Virus record (IMG/VR): IMGVR_UViG_3300032245_000473
Coordinates: 1 to 64,000 of that record
DNA: 64,000 nt
From: a virus
Strand: one strand, 5' to 3'
Shown: positions 18,684 through 27,246 of the stretch, piece by piece
Layout of the letters: each line of letters opens with the position of its first letter
How positions within the stretch are numbered: position 1 is the stretch's first letter
Notes under the pieces: generated by a model
Databases searched by the model: none
Told to the model about the DNA's origin: nothing
What the model saw: only the letters and a program-made list of their open reading frames with translations
Translations under genes and position numbers: made by a program

Positions 18684-19957
18684 GGGGTTACTCAACTCGC
18701 ACATTCGTTGTTATTGTCATTGGCACACCGTCAGTCGGTACAGCCGCTGTCACCCTCCAGAACGCCACCTCAGCCGCTAGCGGCGGCGTCACCATTACCG
18801 GCAGCGCAGCCGTCACGCTCACCAACCAGTTCGCTACCGCAACCGCACAAGAAATCTTTGCGGCGTCAGGTGCTCAAACGCTGGCCTCGCAAACCGGCAG
18901 CGGCACCGGCCTAGAAACCATCGCAGGTGCAGGTTCACAAAACCTGACCGGCGCAAACTCACAAGCCTCGGGCACCGTCACCTCCGCAGTCACCATCACC
19001 GGCAGCGGCTCTCCCACCCTTGGGAACTTCACCTCTACTGCGACCGGCACCTCCGCAGTCACCATCACCGGCACCGGCTCCCCAACCCTCGGGAACTTCA
19101 CTTCCACCGCAACCGGCACCGCTACTTCCGCCTCCGCCATTACATTTACGGCTGCTGGATCGTCGTCTTCCTCGGGAACACTTTCCGCACTAGTTGAACA
19201 CACCGCCTCTCTTTCCGGTTCGGCGGTCAGTACCGGGGCAATTACCGCACTAGTTGAACACACCGCCTCGCTCTCGGGCGCATCGACCACAACGGGGACC
19301 CTCACCGCATCGGTCGAACACATTGTCTCCTCTGCTGGATCGGCGGTTGGCAACGGAACAATTGCTGCACTAGTCGAACACATCGCCTCACTTCTGGGGG
19401 CCTCGACAACTTCTGGCGCTGCTTCCTTCACGTCTGGCACTGTCATTTCCCATACCGCCGTATTGAATGGTTCTAGTGGTTCCGCTGGATCATCCACCGT
19501 CTCCGTAGAACACGTCGTCACGATGGCCGCTGTTTCTGTGGCAGCGGGAACGGCGGCGCTGGTGGTTTCTCGCCAGTGGACGGCAAGTGGTTCCAGCCTT
19601 ACCGCAGGAACTGTCACAGCCTCCCCTGCGGTGCAAATCTCGTTCACCGCACAAGGCCAGTCACAGACTTCCGGCACTATCAAGACAAAGGCAAATGTTG
19701 CCAACATCTTGTGGGCCATTCCCACCAAGTACACGGCCAAGAAATGGAGTGGGTCTGCTTGGGTGGTTAGTCCGCTGGAGCGCCCCTTGTCCTACGCCCC
19801 TACGGGGAGTTGGTCCACAGAGAAAGTGTGGAACGGTACAGAATGGGTGGCTACTCTTCCCTCAAAGACACCCGCTGAACCGTCGGGAACTTGGGCGGTC
19901 AAGCGCAAGTGGAACGGAACCGAGTGGGAAGTACTGAGCCGTGAGTGGGTTTCGTAG
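18680..19957 (+). CDS. Repeat-rich fibre scaffold protein
   Basis: 425 aa, S/T/A/G-rich; two types of ~20-aa repeat; three C-terminal WxGxxW motifs. Confidence 0.75.
   Translation: MRGYSTRTFVVIVIGTPSVGTAAVTLQNATSAASGGVTITGSAAVTLTNQFATATAQEIFAASGAQTLASQTGSGTGLETIAGAGSQNLTGANSQASGTVTSAVTITGSGSPTLGNFTSTATGTSAVTITGTGSPTLGNFTSTATGTATSASAITFTAAGSSSSSGTLSALVEHTASLSGSAVSTGAITALVEHTASLSGASTTTGTLTASVEHIVSSAGSAVGNGTIAALVEHIASLLGASTTSGAASFTSGTVISHTAVLNGSSGSAGSSTVSVEHVVTMAAVSVAAGTAALVVSRQWTASGSSLTAGTVTASPAVQISFTAQGQSQTSGTIKTKANVANILWAIPTKYTAKKWSGSAWVVSPLERPLSYAPTGSWSTEKVWNGTEWVATLPSKTPAEPSGTWAVKRKWNGTEWEVLSREWVS
18979..19119 (+). repeat. 69-bp tandem repeat (2 copies)
   Basis: CACCTCCGCAGTCACCATCACCGGCA...GGGAACTTCAC at 18979 and 19048. 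Confidence 0.85.
19145..19400 (+). repeat. 60-bp period coding repeat (4 clear copies, VEH motif)
   Basis: GCAC/T..GT.GAACA recurs ending at 19200, 19260, 19320 and 19380. Confidence 0.8.
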
Positions 19958-19979
19958 TAATCTTGCCTCATAGGAGGGT

Positions 19980-20915
19980 ATGACAATGCCGGGTGCAACG
20001 CTTCCGAGTACTGACTCGCTGGTCACTTGGACCGACAACACTGATAACTGGCGAGCGCAAGATGCTGACTTCCTTCAGCGGCGGTCCATTCTTCGGTTCT
20101 CAACATCGTCGGCAAAGATCACGGCCCTCGGGCCGTCGCTGTCGATCCCCTCGCCGTCCGCCGGTCAGGCAGTGTTTGTCTCTCAGACAAACTCTCTGGA
20201 ATACCTTGACTCCACTTCTACGTGGCGAACTGTCAATGCATTCAAGAACGCCACGTTTGATGACACCAGCACTTCTTTCGGTGTCCGCCTTAGCAGTGAC
20301 GCTACTAACCCTTTGACACTGGAGTCGGGGAAGGTTGTGTTGGGTTCCAACCGTGGTCTTGTTGTTACCGGCTCTTCCGTGCAGATCAAGACCGGTTCCG
20401 CAACTGCTACGTTGACCACGAACAGCACGACTTTGCTGTTTGATACCCCCATTTCAGTTCCTTCTGCCTCACTAGGTGCGGTGACAGCGACCGGTGTAAA
20501 CGCTGGGTCGGGGGCGGTTTCGTCGGGAACACTCTCCGTCACAGGACAGGCCACCGTTGGATCGCTGACAAGCGGGGCTACAACGCTCGGAACAACCACG
20601 GCTGCGTCGGTATCCGCCGCCAACCTGACCGCTACCACACTGCTCACGGCTACCACGGGGAGACTGGGGCAGTTGGAAATGTCCTACTCCGCCTCTACCG
20701 GGTCGTCCATTGCGCCGATTGGCTCCACTGTTTGCAACGTACGGTTCCTCTCCAACGAGGTCACAGTGGCAGGTAACAAGATCACTCTCGCTCCTACATC
20801 TGCAACTACGGCAGTACTTCACGGCAATGGGCTGCCCTTTGCGACCGTGCTGGTGTCAACTGTTACCCCCGTTGCAGCGCAGTATCCCGAGGGAACTATC
20901 TGGGTACAGCCGTGA
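19980..20915 (+). CDS. Fibre protein
   Basis: 311 aa, S/T-rich; AGGAGG RBS; ends PVAAQYPEGTIWVQP. Confidence 0.7.
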   Translation: MTMPGATLPSTDSLVTWTDNTDNWRAQDADFLQRRSILRFSTSSAKITALGPSLSIPSPSAGQAVFVSQTNSLEYLDSTSTWRTVNAFKNATFDDTSTSFGVRLSSDATNPLTLESGKVVLGSNRGLVVTGSSVQIKTGSATATLTTNSTTLLFDTPISVPSASLGAVTATGVNAGSGAVSSGTLSVTGQATVGSLTSGATTLGTTTAASVSAANLTATTLLTATTGRLGQLEMSYSASTGSSIAPIGSTVCNVRFLSNEVTVAGNKITLAPTSATTAVLHGNGLPFATVLVSTVTPVAAQYPEGTIWVQP

Positions 20916-22522
20916 CCGGTATTTACCGCAATTATGGGGGTGACTGGATTGCCGTAGCAGACGGCTCACTTCTGTACAGGGACCGAGTCCCTGATAGGTA
21001 CCGACCTCTTCTTCCGGGTACCTCTCCCCCGACATCCCTTGTTTCAAGTTTCCCGACTCGCCCCCTGTTCGTTACGCCGAGGAAGGTGTACGTACGGAGT
21101 TCTGGGGATAACCCGGTATGGATTGACACCGGTTACAAGTGGGCGTTGGCTAAACCCGGTACCCCATTGCTGAGGGTGGTAACTGAACAATCGCCCGGAG
21201 CCATGACCGTCCTTGGCGTGACATGGGCTGATTCCACGCAGGGAGTCGCCCCTACTGAGTACTGGGTGACCCTGTATGACTCCGCAGGCACGCTCATCCA
21301 GCGAAAGAGTGTTCTCTACGTTGAGAGGCCCATCGTTTCCAGCGAGCCATACAACAACTCCGTAGAGTTCTCGCTGTCCTTTGCTTTCGACACCAATTAC
21401 TACGTTGACGTAACTTCCGTCCGAACAGGGTTTACCAACGTCAAGAGTGCGCCCACCAAGTTCCGCACAGGGCACCCGGCTGTAACTGGCTCTCAGGCTG
21501 TGTACGGATGGGGCGCAGAAACTTCCACTCACCCCACGTTGCTGGCGACGACTTCCCAGCAGGATTCCACTCACTCAGGAAGTTCCGCCGTGGATTCCAG
21601 CGTGGACCTCACCGCCCTGTTCAGTAGTTGGGTATCCGATTACCACACTGCCAGTACAAGTTCTTCTAAGCCTCATACCTTCTGGGAAGGGATCAACTTC
21701 ACCATCCCTACCAGTACCGGGAAGTTGACCAAGATTCAGGTCATTGCTGATCCTGCTCAGACCATGTATCTCGGACTCAATAAGAACGGGTCTTGGCTCG
21801 GCGCTATCACCCCCGCCTCGGCAGGTATCGCAACTACGGGATACCGAAACACCGGTTACGGGGAGATTCTGAACCACACTCATGCCGCCGTTCACGCCGA
21901 TCACACCACAAATATCAAGGTGTTCGACGTGTCGTCGTTTGCCTTGGAGTTCAAGGACATTGAGAAGTTCTCACTGGCAGTTACGAACTTCATCGCTCTC
22001 GGCTCCATCGGCGGCTCGGCCGGTACTCCGGTAACGACGACCATTACTCCTGCTGTTCCGTCTGTGAATATCCCGACGAACGCTCAGATTATGGTCTTCA
22101 ACGCCCAGTACAACAACCCTCACGTGCAGTTCTACAACCCAACCACTGCTTCGTATGTAATGAACTCACAGGGTCTGATCGTGACCGCCCCGGTTACCTA
22201 CATCTCCGGGTACCGGCCCGCCACCAATGCTACGAAGGACTTGGTTCGTTGGGAAAGGATCACGAACCCGTCGACCTACCACTTGAGTTCCAACGGGTCA
22301 GTTACCTCTGTTTCCCTTGCCTCGTATCGCGCATGGCTGAACAAGGCGGGATCAGCGGCAGTCACTTCTACTACTTATGTAGGCGGGTCGCCCCCAACGC
22401 CAACATGGCGTGCCCGGATTCAGGATGTCACGCTCTTCTACCAGCCCTACACAATCATCCGTTATGACACTGTGATAGTGACGCCATCTGTGGCTGTAGA
22501 AATCGGCCCGGACGCTTGGTAA
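20912..22522 (+). CDS. Fibre/receptor-binding protein with FN3-like domain
   Basis: 536 aa; VTW....PTEYWVTLY...DTNYYVDVTSV FN3-like pattern; coupled to previous gene. Confidence 0.65.
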   Translation: MTGIYRNYGGDWIAVADGSLLYRDRVPDRYRPLLPGTSPPTSLVSSFPTRPLFVTPRKVYVRSSGDNPVWIDTGYKWALAKPGTPLLRVVTEQSPGAMTVLGVTWADSTQGVAPTEYWVTLYDSAGTLIQRKSVLYVERPIVSSEPYNNSVEFSLSFAFDTNYYVDVTSVRTGFTNVKSAPTKFRTGHPAVTGSQAVYGWGAETSTHPTLLATTSQQDSTHSGSSAVDSSVDLTALFSSWVSDYHTASTSSSKPHTFWEGINFTIPTSTGKLTKIQVIADPAQTMYLGLNKNGSWLGAITPASAGIATTGYRNTGYGEILNHTHAAVHADHTTNIKVFDVSSFALEFKDIEKFSLAVTNFIALGSIGGSAGTPVTTTITPAVPSVNIPTNAQIMVFNAQYNNPHVQFYNPTTASYVMNSQGLIVTAPVTYISGYRPATNATKDLVRWERITNPSTYHLSSNGSVTSVSLASYRAWLNKAGSAAVTSTTYVGGSPPTPTWRARIQDVTLFYQPYTIIRYDTVIVTPSVAVEIGPDAW

Positions 22523-22605
22523 TGACACATTGCCAACCAGCGATGGGGTACGATAAGCCCACTGCTGGATGAGCGTCCAGTGGTTACATCTGCACAGGAG
22601 GAACG

Positions 22606-22989
22606 GTGGCCGAAGGCTTCCGCATCGAAGCATCATGGCTTGATGCACTCGACCGTTATGTCGAGGGCCTGAAGGAAGACGCTGCCGCTGCCGCCGAATC
22701 TGCTGCGGAATTCACACACGATGCCGTGATCTCGTACGCTCAGTCCAAGCCTGCATGGGTTGGGTTGGCCGACAACATTCAGAAATGGTCGGTTGACGGA
22801 CGACTGATGGTCGGATTCCTCGGGAATGAGATGGCCTCGCAGGCCGAAGCCTTGGAGTACGGCGACCTGACCACTCCCCCCGACTCGCTCTTCCGCACCA
22901 TGGACCACATCGCCATCATGGCGCAGGACCATTTCAACACCGCTATGCAGGCACGTAGGCCCATCGTCATTCCGGGGGTCAAGGTATGA
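22606..22989 (+). CDS. Neck/tail completion protein
   Basis: LEYGDLTTPP...LFR motif; AGGAGG RBS; precedes tail terminator and sheath. Confidence 0.6.
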   Translation: MAEGFRIEASWLDALDRYVEGLKEDAAAAAESAAEFTHDAVISYAQSKPAWVGLADNIQKWSVDGRLMVGFLGNEMASQAEALEYGDLTTPPDSLFRTMDHIAIMAQDHFNTAMQARRPIVIPGVKV

Positions 22990-23837
22990 GCGGTGTTCGC
23001 GCACCGATGCTTGGCACCCCCGATATGGCCACCCATACGGGGTTCATCTTGGCCGAGGACGCTGCCCTGCATACCTACCTATCGGGTCTTGAAGTGCCCA
23101 ACCGCCCCGGAGACTCAAAGATGACCGAGGTTGGCGTGTGGTTCCGCTTCCCTGAGGGTGAGCGGGCCATCAAGTACCCCTTCATCACCATCGACCTCAT
23201 CGACGTTTCCCCGGCCTATGAGTTGTGGACGAGCGAATACATCATGTCCACGGACGGGTTGTACCAGCCTTCGGTCAGTCCCACGATGCCTGTTCCCGAC
23301 GCCAACATGAACTTGGACGTGAGGAACTTCCTACCCTTCAAACTGACGTATCAAGTTTCTGTGCATTGCCGATCCTCTCTGCACGACCGGTACTTGATGA
23401 GCCATTTCTTCACTGACGTGTTCCCTCCCCGCCCCTTCTGGATGGGAGTGGACGCTGACAACACGTGGAGGCGCGTCGAACTGGTGGACTCAGCACAGGC
23501 TGACCTCATGGAAACTACTGAAAGTGGTAACAAGCGCATCTTCCGCAAGGTCTACACCATCAGCATGTTGGCGGAAGTCCCGCAGGAGTCGATCCGTCAG
23601 GCTTGGCAGGTGCTGCGTGTCTACACCCCCATCGTGGATCGTTCCTACGTGGACGACTTTCTCTACAACGTCCTTACCTACCCGAATACTGGGGAGAGCG
23701 TCTTGGGCTTGCCCGATTCTGTCCCGTCTGATTTCCGCGAGCGCCATGGCGAGTACGCCACTGCAATTGCTGACTTCGCCCACGTCTATCCCTCTACCGC
23801 TTCTGCCACTGCTTTAGCATCGGCAGCGAATTCGTAA
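22986..23837 (+). CDS. Tail terminator/completion protein
   Basis: VWFRFPEGE...YPFITIDL, LTYQVSVH, KRIFRKVYTI; directly upstream of sheath. Confidence 0.7.
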   Translation: MSGVRAPMLGTPDMATHTGFILAEDAALHTYLSGLEVPNRPGDSKMTEVGVWFRFPEGERAIKYPFITIDLIDVSPAYELWTSEYIMSTDGLYQPSVSPTMPVPDANMNLDVRNFLPFKLTYQVSVHCRSSLHDRYLMSHFFTDVFPPRPFWMGVDADNTWRRVELVDSAQADLMETTESGNKRIFRKVYTISMLAEVPQESIRQAWQVLRVYTPIVDRSYVDDFLYNVLTYPNTGESVLGLPDSVPSDFRERHGEYATAIADFAHVYPSTASATALASAANS

Positions 23838-23905
23838 CGCCGTCTGGCTCGTAACACTCCCCCGTTTACCCCATCGTTTCCACGTCTACAAAGGGAGTCC
23901 CCTAA

Positions 23906-25564
23906 ATGCCGCTTCTTTACCGCCGCCCCGGCGTCTACCTTGAGGAGAGTTTGCTCTCGTCAGCAGGTGATGTCTCCAACGCAACCAGTGTCGCCGTCTT
24001 CGTCGGTGCCGCTCCTAAGGGTCCGTTCAACTCGGGCAACATTCCTGTGCCTGTCCGTATCGAAACGTGGGGCGACTATGTCGCTCAGTTCGGCGGGTTT
24101 GATCCCGTTCCGACCAACACGTCCGGTGTCTGGGCCAAGTCGTACCTTCCCTACGCCGTGTACTCGTACCTCCAGAATGGTGGCCGTACGGCGTATGTCG
24201 TCCGCTCGGTTTCGGCCTCGCTGAACGGTGCCGCATCATCCAAGGTCGTGACTGGTGTGCAGTTCAGCAATGGCACGACTGCTGGCAACGCCTTCACCAT
24301 TTCGGCCAAGAGTGCCGGTGTGTGGGGCAACCGCCTGTCGTACACGCTGCGTATCTCGTCCACCGTTCCTTCAGCGGCTCCGTACACCGAAGTGCTGTAC
24401 ACCCTCCAGATTCTGCTTACCACCAACGGTGTTACCGAGATTGTGGACACCTTCAATGTGTCCGCTGCTGGCACCGTCTCTGGGGTCCCGCTGCTGGCTG
24501 ATGCCGTCAATGACCCGGTTCGTGGCAGCACCTATGTAACGGTGTCGAACGTCCGCACTGACATTGTTCCCACCGAGGCTTTGACCGCTGTGGCGCTGAC
24601 TGGCGGTACTGACCCGAACCTTCCCGGGGCCAGCGAATTGCGTGATTCGGCCATCAAGTCAGTTCCGCAGTTGGAAGGTCCGCTGATCCTCAACATCTCT
24701 GGATACATCAGCAACCAGAACAGCGTCAACACCTCTGACTGGGCTAGCAACTACATCGGTGCGACCTGCTCCAGCAGCGATTTCAGCGACCGTCAGGACG
24801 TGTTCGTCGTCAACGACAACTGCACCCCTCGTCTTTCTGGCGTCACATCCTTGGCGTACGCAACGTCCATGCAAAGCACCTCGGCCTTGGGAGCCAATTC
24901 GGGAGATTCGTACTGCGCTTCCTACGGGCCGTGGCTGCTGATCAACGACCCGGTGAAGTCCACCACCATCACCGCTATCCCGCCGGGAGGTGCGGTGATC
25001 GGAATGATGGCCCGCATCGACGCAACCATCGGTGTGTGGCGCGCACCGGCCGGTGTGGTTGCTGGACTGAACAACGTGGTTGGCGTTCAGACAAAGTTCA
25101 GCGATAGCGAACTGGGAACCCTGAACAATGCCAACGTCAACATCATCCGTCCGGTGACCGGCGCAGGTATCGCAGTGATGGGTGCCCGTACCCGGAAGTC
25201 GTACAACGCTGACCGTTATGTGTCGGCCCGCCGTACCCTCATCTACATCCGTGAAATCATGCGGCGGTCGACCCAGTACGCCGTCTTTGAGAACAACGAC
25301 AGCCGCTTGTGGTCGTCGCTTCGGATGACCGCAGACCGCATCCTCCGCCCCATCTGGGAAGCAGGCGGCTTGCGGGGAGCGAACGCTGCTCAGGCGTACT
25401 ACATCCGTTGCGACGAGACGACCAACACCACGGCAGTCATTCAGGCTGGCGAGGTCCGCATGGAAATCGGTGTGGCCTTGGAGTACCCCGCTGAGTTCGT
25501 GATCATTCGCGTGTCGCAGTTTGACCGCAGCCAGACCACCACCGAAGTCACCACGACCAACTGA
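23906..25564 (+). CDS. Tail sheath protein
   Basis: RPGVYLEE, YLQNGG, GVWRAPAG, VMGART, YVSARR, VFENND, PAEFVIIRV. Confidence 0.95.
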   Translation: MPLLYRRPGVYLEESLLSSAGDVSNATSVAVFVGAAPKGPFNSGNIPVPVRIETWGDYVAQFGGFDPVPTNTSGVWAKSYLPYAVYSYLQNGGRTAYVVRSVSASLNGAASSKVVTGVQFSNGTTAGNAFTISAKSAGVWGNRLSYTLRISSTVPSAAPYTEVLYTLQILLTTNGVTEIVDTFNVSAAGTVSGVPLLADAVNDPVRGSTYVTVSNVRTDIVPTEALTAVALTGGTDPNLPGASELRDSAIKSVPQLEGPLILNISGYISNQNSVNTSDWASNYIGATCSSSDFSDRQDVFVVNDNCTPRLSGVTSLAYATSMQSTSALGANSGDSYCASYGPWLLINDPVKSTTITAIPPGGAVIGMMARIDATIGVWRAPAGVVAGLNNVVGVQTKFSDSELGTLNNANVNIIRPVTGAGIAVMGARTRKSYNADRYVSARRTLIYIREIMRRSTQYAVFENNDSRLWSSLRMTADRILRPIWEAGGLRGANAAQAYYIRCDETTNTTAVIQAGEVRMEIGVALEYPAEFVIIRVSQFDRSQTTTEVTTTN

Positions 25565-25580
25565 TCCGTAGGAGGAAATC

Positions 25581-26210
25581 ATGCCCACTCTCATTGACAA
25601 CAGGACTCGCGCTCACGCCGATCCGGTTCGCAACTTCAAGTTCCAAGTTCAACTGTTCCACCCGAACGGTGCCTTTGACAAGGGCATTGCAGAGATGGGA
25701 TTCATGACCGTCGAAGGTCTGGCGATGAACACGGAAATGGTGCCCTACCGTGAAGGCGGCTGGAACACCAACCCCCACAAGTTGCCGGGCCAGACGGACT
25801 TCGCTCCGCTCACCCTCAACGCTGGTGTGTTCCACACCAAGACCGGCATGTGGGACATCGCCAAGCGCATGTTCAGCGTGCAGTGGGGTCAGGGCGATCT
25901 GGCCATGGGCGATGAGTACCGTTACGACATGGCCGTTCGTATCTTGGATCACCCCGTCACCATGGGGTCGCAGTCCGGTACGGGTGGCTCGGCAGATGGT
26001 GCCATCTTGGCCTTCGTCTTCTACAACTGCTGGACGGCCAGCATTGGCTTCAATGGCCTCAATGCGCTGGATAACGCCATCCTCGTTCACCAGATGACGG
26101 TGCATCATGAGGGCTTCGACGTGTTCTTCGGTAACACGGAGGCGAAGAATCTTGCCCATAGTTCGGGCACAGGCGGCGCAGGCGGCGGCGGTCGTCTGCT
26201 CATGTCCTGA
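25581..26210 (+). CDS. Tail tube protein (T4 gp19-like)
   Basis: DPVRNFKFQV, GFMTVEGL, YREGG...HKLPGQTDF, HEGF. Confidence 0.92.
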   Translation: MPTLIDNRTRAHADPVRNFKFQVQLFHPNGAFDKGIAEMGFMTVEGLAMNTEMVPYREGGWNTNPHKLPGQTDFAPLTLNAGVFHTKTGMWDIAKRMFSVQWGQGDLAMGDEYRYDMAVRILDHPVTMGSQSGTGGSADGAILAFVFYNCWTASIGFNGLNALDNAILVHQMTVHHEGFDVFFGNTEAKNLAHSSGTGGAGGGGRLLMS

Positions 26211-26240
26211 AGAATCCACAACTGAAACGGAGAACACACT

Positions 26241-27101
26241 GTGTCAACCACCGGAAACACCGCTGAGGCGTTTGACCTCTCGGTACTGGAAACCCCCACG
26301 GACTCGAGCCAGAAGAAATCGCAGCAACTTGCTGCGGCAAAGGCGGCTATCGCAGGGTCCACTCCACTCATCCCCGATGCACCTAACTGCATCGTGAACC
26401 TCCCCCGTGGTTTGTACCAAGGCGGGTCGTGGAAAACAGAAGCCGAAGTGCGTGAGTTGAACGGAGCCGATGAAGAGGCTTTGGCACGCGCTAAGGAATC
26501 TGTCGACTTCTTCGACCTCGTCTTGGCCCACGGGGTGGTTCGGGTGGACAACATCAACCTCTCTGGCATGGCGGTTCCCGACCGTCAAGCAGCCCTTCGG
26601 GAGTTGCTGGTTGGTGAACGGTCACAGTTGCTGTTGGCGATTCTTACCGTCACCTATGGCAACGAGAAGATTCTCAACCTCACGTGCCCGCATTGCGAGA
26701 TGGAGCAGGAAGCCACCCTGCTCCTCAAGGAAGACTTCAAGCCCAAGGCTGTGGAAGATGTGCATGCTTCGACCTTTCACTACACCTCGGCCAAGGGTGA
26801 TGACATCGAATACCGACTGGTCACTGGCGCAGATCAGTTGGAAGCCCTCAAGCGCAAGGGTGCCACTACTGCTGAACAGAACACTCTCATCCTGTCCCGC
26901 TGCATCACCAAGGTGAATGGCGCATTGGTCGTCAGCCCTACCGAGTTCGCTCGTAACTTGGGTATGAAGGACCGAACCGCCATGCTCACAGAAATGGTCA
27001 GCAAGCAACCCGACATCGACCTGTCGGTACAAATGGGATGTCTGGGCTGCGGGGGTGACATCATCCTCGCCCTTGGGTGGGGTGATTTGTTTCGCGCTTG
27101 A
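26241..27101 (+). CDS. Tail assembly chaperone / baseplate hub assembly protein
   Basis: EVRELNGADEEAL, two CxxC motifs, ends DLFRA; lies between tube and tape measure. Confidence 0.75.
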   Translation: MSTTGNTAEAFDLSVLETPTDSSQKKSQQLAAAKAAIAGSTPLIPDAPNCIVNLPRGLYQGGSWKTEAEVRELNGADEEALARAKESVDFFDLVLAHGVVRVDNINLSGMAVPDRQAALRELLVGERSQLLLAILTVTYGNEKILNLTCPHCEMEQEATLLLKEDFKPKAVEDVHASTFHYTSAKGDDIEYRLVTGADQLEALKRKGATTAEQNTLILSRCITKVNGALVVSPTEFARNLGMKDRTAMLTEMVSKQPDIDLSVQMGCLGCGGDIILALGWGDLFRA

Positions 27102-27102
27102 C

Positions 27103-27246
27103 ATGCAGACCCTCTATCTGGAGTACGACATGCTCGCCATGACGTACAGCGGATGGGGACTGAATGAGTTGAAATCGCTGACATACCGTGAGCGCCAGTA
27201 CTGGAAACGATTGAACTCTTGGAGGAGGGAGCGAAATGGAACCTAA
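27103..27246 (+). CDS. Chaperone downstream segment (possibly a +1 frameshift extension)
   Basis: LYLEY...YSGWGLNELKSLTYRERQYW; G/T-like position before the tape measure. Confidence 0.65.
   Translation: MQTLYLEYDMLAMTYSGWGLNELKSLTYRERQYWKRLNSWRRERNGT

Noticed and set aside
18979-19400. Regular repeats as a possible CRISPR array or DGR template/variable pair
   Set aside because: Repeats are in-frame coding units (69 and 60 bp) with mostly third-position variation, no unique spacers, no adenine-specific pattern and no reverse transcriptase.
22559-22585. Small hairpin in the leader of the neck/tail operon as an ncRNA
   Set aside because: Only ~6-bp stems; not distinguishable from chance without covariation data.
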